Shown here piece after piece: positions 16,171 through 19,379 of a stretch of 19,379 nt of DNA. A model generated the notes under the pieces. It saw only the letters and a list, made by a program, of their open reading frames with translations, was not told where the DNA came from and did no database searches. This stretch comes from Cyanobacteria bacterium P01_D01_bin.156 (GTDB lineage: Bacteria; Cyanobacteriota; Cyanobacteriia; Phormidesmidales; Phormidesmidaceae). The position numbers were made by a program, and so were the translations under genes. The first letter of the stretch is position 1, and every line of letters begins with the position of its first letter. The DNA is taken from contig JBCCQQ010000090.1 of the NCBI GenBank assembly GCA_039024555.1, positions 1 to 19,379 of the forward strand, given 5' to 3'.

Positions 16171-16709
16171 GAATTAGGCACACAGATAAGAATCACAAAG
16201 CAGAACCCAATAACCAACTCATTTTGATGACCCGTATGCTTAATAGCATCCATCTTCAAAAGTTATTGCCATTGGACTGATAAAAGCAGCGCAGTGAAGC
16301 AGTTTGGGAAAAGAACCGACACCGGAAAAATCTAAAAAAGCGCTATACAAATGACACTCTCTTCTAGATAGGGAATAAAAAAGCGTGAAATTCAGTCATG
16401 AATTGTTATTGCTTCCTAATAAGTCGTAACAAAATAACTAGAAGTTACTTGCATCAATAAAAAATGTGCTCGAAAAACTGCTTTGACATAAGTCATTGAA
16501 TTACCTTGTCATTAAGCATCTGTCGCAGATAAAACTAGGGTCACTATTGCGAATACATCCTACGCATAAACGCTAAAACCTTTATAAATCAATGCTTTTA
16601 GCTGTTTGCAATAAGCATTTCTGAGCTACCATAGCTATCAAGAACATTTCGGCCTGAGAGTTTGCCTCAGGTGGATTTTGACACCACACTTACTTTTGAG
16701 GAGTCATAT

Positions 16710-17252
16710 ATGGTTAGCTCATCTACCTTGGTTACCCCCTTTGGTGAAGTCACCGAAAATGCGATCGCATTAGAAACATCCATTACGGCTCCCGTATGCG
16801 AGGGTCTGAATATCTTGTTGGCCAGTTTTCAGGCCATGTATATTCAGTACCAAAAGCACCACTTCGTTGTAGAAGGTGCCGAATTTTATCAGCTACACAA
16901 CTATTTCGAAGACAGCTATGACCAAGTAAAAGGTCACGTACACGACGTTGGTGAGCGTTTGGACGGACTGGGTGGAGTGCCTGTAGCTAGCTTTAGCAAA
17001 CTTGCTGAACTGTGCTGCTTTACTCCAGAGCCCGATGGCATCTATCGCTGTCGCCAGATGGTAGAAAACGACCTAGCAGGAGAAAAGGCGATAATTGCCG
17101 TTTTACGTCGTCAAGCAGCCCAAGCAGAAAGCTTAGGAGACCGTGCCACACGTTACCTGTATGAAACGATTCTGCTGAAGACAGAAGAACGCGCTTATCA
17201 CCTCGATCATTTCTTGGCGAATGACACCCTAGTTGCTTTTAACAACAACTAG
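16710..17252 (+). CDS. dps: Dps-family DNA protection / ferritin-like protein
   Basis: GAGGAG RBS before ATG 16710. [31 protein letters not shown] and [12 protein letters not shown]. Confidence 0.95.
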   Translation: MVSSSTLVTPFGEVTENAIALETSITAPVCEGLNILLASFQAMYIQYQKHHFVVEGAEFYQLHNYFEDSYDQVKGHVHDVGERLDGLGGVPVASFSKLAELCCFTPEPDGIYRCRQMVENDLAGEKAIIAVLRRQAAQAESLGDRATRYLYETILLKTEERAYHLDHFLANDTLVAFNNN

Positions 17253-17285
17253 CCGGATGTAGTTGAGAGACAAGTCAAACAAGAC

Positions 17286-17310
17286 AGACCTCCCATTGGG
17301 AGGTTTTTTT
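17286..17310 (+). terminator. Intrinsic terminator of dps
   Basis: AGACCTCCC-ATT-GGGAGG followed by a T-run. Confidence 0.85.
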
Positions 17311-17322
17311 ATGCCTAACATT

Positions 17323-17371
17323 TGAAAAGTATTCTCAATTTAGATTGAACATCAAATGAAAATAGATGTCA
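17323..17371. promoter_or_regulatory. Putative Fur-like boxes upstream of the 2Fe-2S gene
   Basis: TGAAAAG-T-ATTCTCA (11/14 to TGATAAT-N-ATTATCA) and TGAAAAT-A-GATGTCA (10/14). Confidence 0.5.
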
Positions 17372-17614
17372 AGAAGCTAAATGAATCTTCTAGAAACGGA
17401 TATCTTGAAGTCTGAGTTGGCTTAGCTATACCTTCTATAAATAAAGGTTTTGAAAGACATATATCATTTTGATTTAGTTTCAGGATCTTGAATAGTCTTT
17501 ACTAATAGGATTAAGTTCTAAGTTTGATTTCCCTAATTTTAGAGGAACTAATCTCAATAAGCCCAAAAACTAAGCTAGACTAGCGTCAAAAGCACCATTA
17601 CCAGCTCAGGTGGT

Positions 17615-18193
17615 ATGAAAATGGATAAGCGCCCCTTTTGCCTAGAAGGTCGATTTGAAGGATTTACCGCAGGTGGAAAGTCTCCCTTTAAATATCTGAG
17701 TTTGCAGAGTACTGATGGCAACCAGCTTATTAAGCTTCCCAAGTCGGTGCGTATGATGCTGTTTCGCTATCTACAGCCCGGAGATTGGATCCGCGTCGTT
17801 GGTCGGGAATCCATAGATAAGGAAACCGGCGAACCTAATTTTAAGGCCCAAGAAGTGGTGAGGGTCAAGCCCTTACAGGTGGTTACCACTCCTGCAGCTC
17901 CTCCCCAGAAAATGCCAAAGACTAAACCCGGTAAATCTAAAATTTTGATCTGTCAAAAGTCTAAGTGTCGTAAGCGAGGGGCTGAAAAGATCTGCGCCAA
18001 AGTAGAAGATGCGCTGGCCAGTCAAGGGTTAACGGATACGGTTCAAGTGAAGCTGACGAGCTGCATGGATCGATGTAAGGCGGGACCTAACTTGGTCGTG
18101 ATGCCCCATAAAAAGCGATATACCAAGGTTACCCCTGCCCAGATTCCAGACTTGATAGCGCAGCATTTTCAGCCTAAAAGCGATGTAGGCTAG
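17615..18193 (+). CDS. (2Fe-2S) thioredoxin-like ferredoxin domain protein with N-terminal beta domain
   Basis: ICQKSKCRKRGA…TSCMDRCKAGPNLVV gives a Cx4C…Cx3C ligand set. Confidence 0.9.
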   Translation: MKMDKRPFCLEGRFEGFTAGGKSPFKYLSLQSTDGNQLIKLPKSVRMMLFRYLQPGDWIRVVGRESIDKETGEPNFKAQEVVRVKPLQVVTTPAAPPQKMPKTKPGKSKILICQKSKCRKRGAEKICAKVEDALASQGLTDTVQVKLTSCMDRCKAGPNLVVMPHKKRYTKVTPAQIPDLIAQHFQPKSDVG

Positions 18194-18243
18194 CTGATTA
18201 GGGTGATTGGCAGCAGCAGGGATGATTTCCCTAAGAGCTTATA

Positions 18244-18292
18244 ATTCGGAATTCGGAGTTAGGAATTCCGAAAAGGATAGCATTCCGACTTT
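18244..18292. repeat. Short tandem heptamer repeats (STRR-like)
   Basis: AATTCGG AATTCGG AGTTAGG AATTCCG … TTCCGACTT, related to the 14420 element. Confidence 0.55.
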
Positions 18293-18510
18293 ATTAAAAT
18301 CTCTGGGTTCCTAGGCTTTCACGCTTTGACTAGCAGGGAATGGGGAACCTATGTGAAAATTGCGATCGCATTTGGCTTGGTGAACGTTGGGGCCGTGGTG
18401 AGAGAAAGGCAACCAAGAAGACCACTCGTGAAGCGTCAGTGATATGCCAGAAATCGTATAGTATCCTTTATTCGTTTACGTCTCAGGCACTAGATTAGGG
18501 GGGCTGTAAG

Positions 18511-18553
18511 TAAAATAGCCTCTATCACTAGCAATAGTGAAGAGACTATTTTA
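18511..18553. terminator. Hairpin terminator downstream of the peptide gene
   Basis: TAAAATAGCCTCTATCACTA-GCAA-TAGTGAAGAGACTATTTTA. Confidence 0.7.
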
Positions 18554-18619
18554 AAGAGCTATATAGGTAGCATGAGAGGGGAAACAGAGCTTAAGTCTGT
18601 CTGGAATAAATGAATTGTC

Positions 18620-18799
18620 TTAACACGCGTTGGAATAGGTATTCATAGCATTCGGTACGGGGTTTTCCCCGCGACCGGCCCCTGGCCTCCACCAGCCGCC
18701 GCCGTTACCAATTGGAAAGAGTTGACCGCCCTTAACAATTTCCTGTTGCTTTTTACTGAGATTAGTCCAAAGTTTTTGGGATTTATCTTGGGAATACAT
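18620..18799 (-). CDS. Double-glycine-leader peptide precursor (bacteriocin/RiPP-like), 59 aa
   Basis: MYSQDKSQKLWTNLSKKQQEIVKGG|QLFPIGNGGGWWRPGAGRGENPVPNAMNTYSNAC. The leader fits the cyanobacterial LxxxLSxxQQExVxGG type. Confidence 0.75.
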   Translation of the reverse strand: MYSQDKSQKLWTNLSKKQQEIVKGGQLFPIGNGGGWWRPGAGRGENPVPNAMNTYSNAC

Positions 18800-19018
18800 A
18801 GCGAAATTTTCTGTTGACTTGCATTTATTCAAGCCCGTACTGAGGTTAAAAACACCTAGGGAATCACGGAAGCTAACGTGAAGTTGAGGTGAAGTAAGTA
18901 GTTTCGGTCGTGTGGAGGTAGGATTGCCCGTTATTTTACTGCCGAACATAAGAAAAACCTGTACCGATAAATCAGTACAGGCCACTAACGCGTTACGGAC
19001 CTCTGGTGTGATAATCGC

Positions 19019-19239
19019 CTAGGCGATCATCAATTCTCTTTGGTGAGCCTTTAGGGCTCGACTGCTGACAAATTTTTCTCTTCCCGACCAGCGAAGTAAC
19101 CCTTCTGCTTCTAGCTGTTTGATAAAGCGAGTGACGGTAACACGTGAGGTGCCAATGGTTTCGGAAATCTCTTGGTGGGTCAGCCGAATGGAAATTATCT
19201 GGCCACAGCTGGTAGCCTGACCAAAATTATCCGCAAGCC
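19019..19239 (-). pseudogene. Crp/Fnr-family regulator, C-terminal HTH fragment cut off by an IS
   Basis: LADNFGQATSCGQIISIRLTHQEISETIGTSRVTVTRFIKQLEAEGLLRW…MIA*. The similarity stops at the IS end at 19240. Confidence 0.88.
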
Positions 19240-19379
19240 CTGACGGGGTTACACAACTGCTGCAAGCCTTATAAATTCAGTGGTTAAGAATGGGTAGATA
19301 AAAAAAGATAGGCTAGTTTTACGAACACGACCTATCACGCCCTATGATACCGTCAATCTACCAAAGCTATCTAGAGAAG
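19240..19379 (+). mobile_element. Left end of a cyanobacterial IS4-family element, with transposase start at 19344 (truncated by window)
   Basis: End sequence CTGACGGGGTTACA. The ORF MIPSIYQSYLEK resembles the MLPxFYQxxL N-terminus of cyanobacterial IS4 transposases, and the element interrupts the Crp gene. Confidence 0.75.

Noticed and set aside
11649..16227. Small overlapping ORFs within the enzyme cluster and opposite the Asr1405 gene
   Set aside because: Alternate-frame or antisense shadows of confidently assigned genes.
18800..18985. N-terminal extension of the 121-aa ORF
   Set aside because: The double-glycine leader begins naturally at ATG 18799, and the extension is featureless and overlaps likely promoter DNA.

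Overview
Cyanobacterial chromosomal window, as shown by repeated HIP1 octamers (GCGATCGC), CP12 and an Asr1405/Asl0597-family gene. In order it contains: an AT-rich secreted multidomain protein ending in a TonB C-terminal domain; tex; two small membrane proteins (one YcxB-like); a CP12 with only one cysteine; a secreted tandem-repeat protein whose 3' region has 45-bp repeats and a Yfr1-like motif; and an intact IS110-family (DEDD) recombinase. It continues with a ~1.7 kb gene-poor region dense in structured RNA candidates plus an unannotated 51-aa ORF; a divergent reductase / esterase-SDR-FMO cluster; an iron/oxidative-stress cluster (Asr1405 family, dps, 2Fe-2S thioredoxin-like ferredoxin); a double-glycine-leader peptide; and a Crp/Fnr regulator interrupted by an IS4-type element at the window edge. 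The most striking observation is the non-coding region downstream of the IS110 gene. It holds a ~35-nt periodic array of two alternating motifs (GTTA-N7-GACTACGA), closed by a 9-bp stem, and some of its variable segments match both strands of a candidate element end at a shared AT dinucleotide. This suggests a multi-loop bridge/guide RNA. All family calls come from motif recognition by eye; no searches or folding programs were run.
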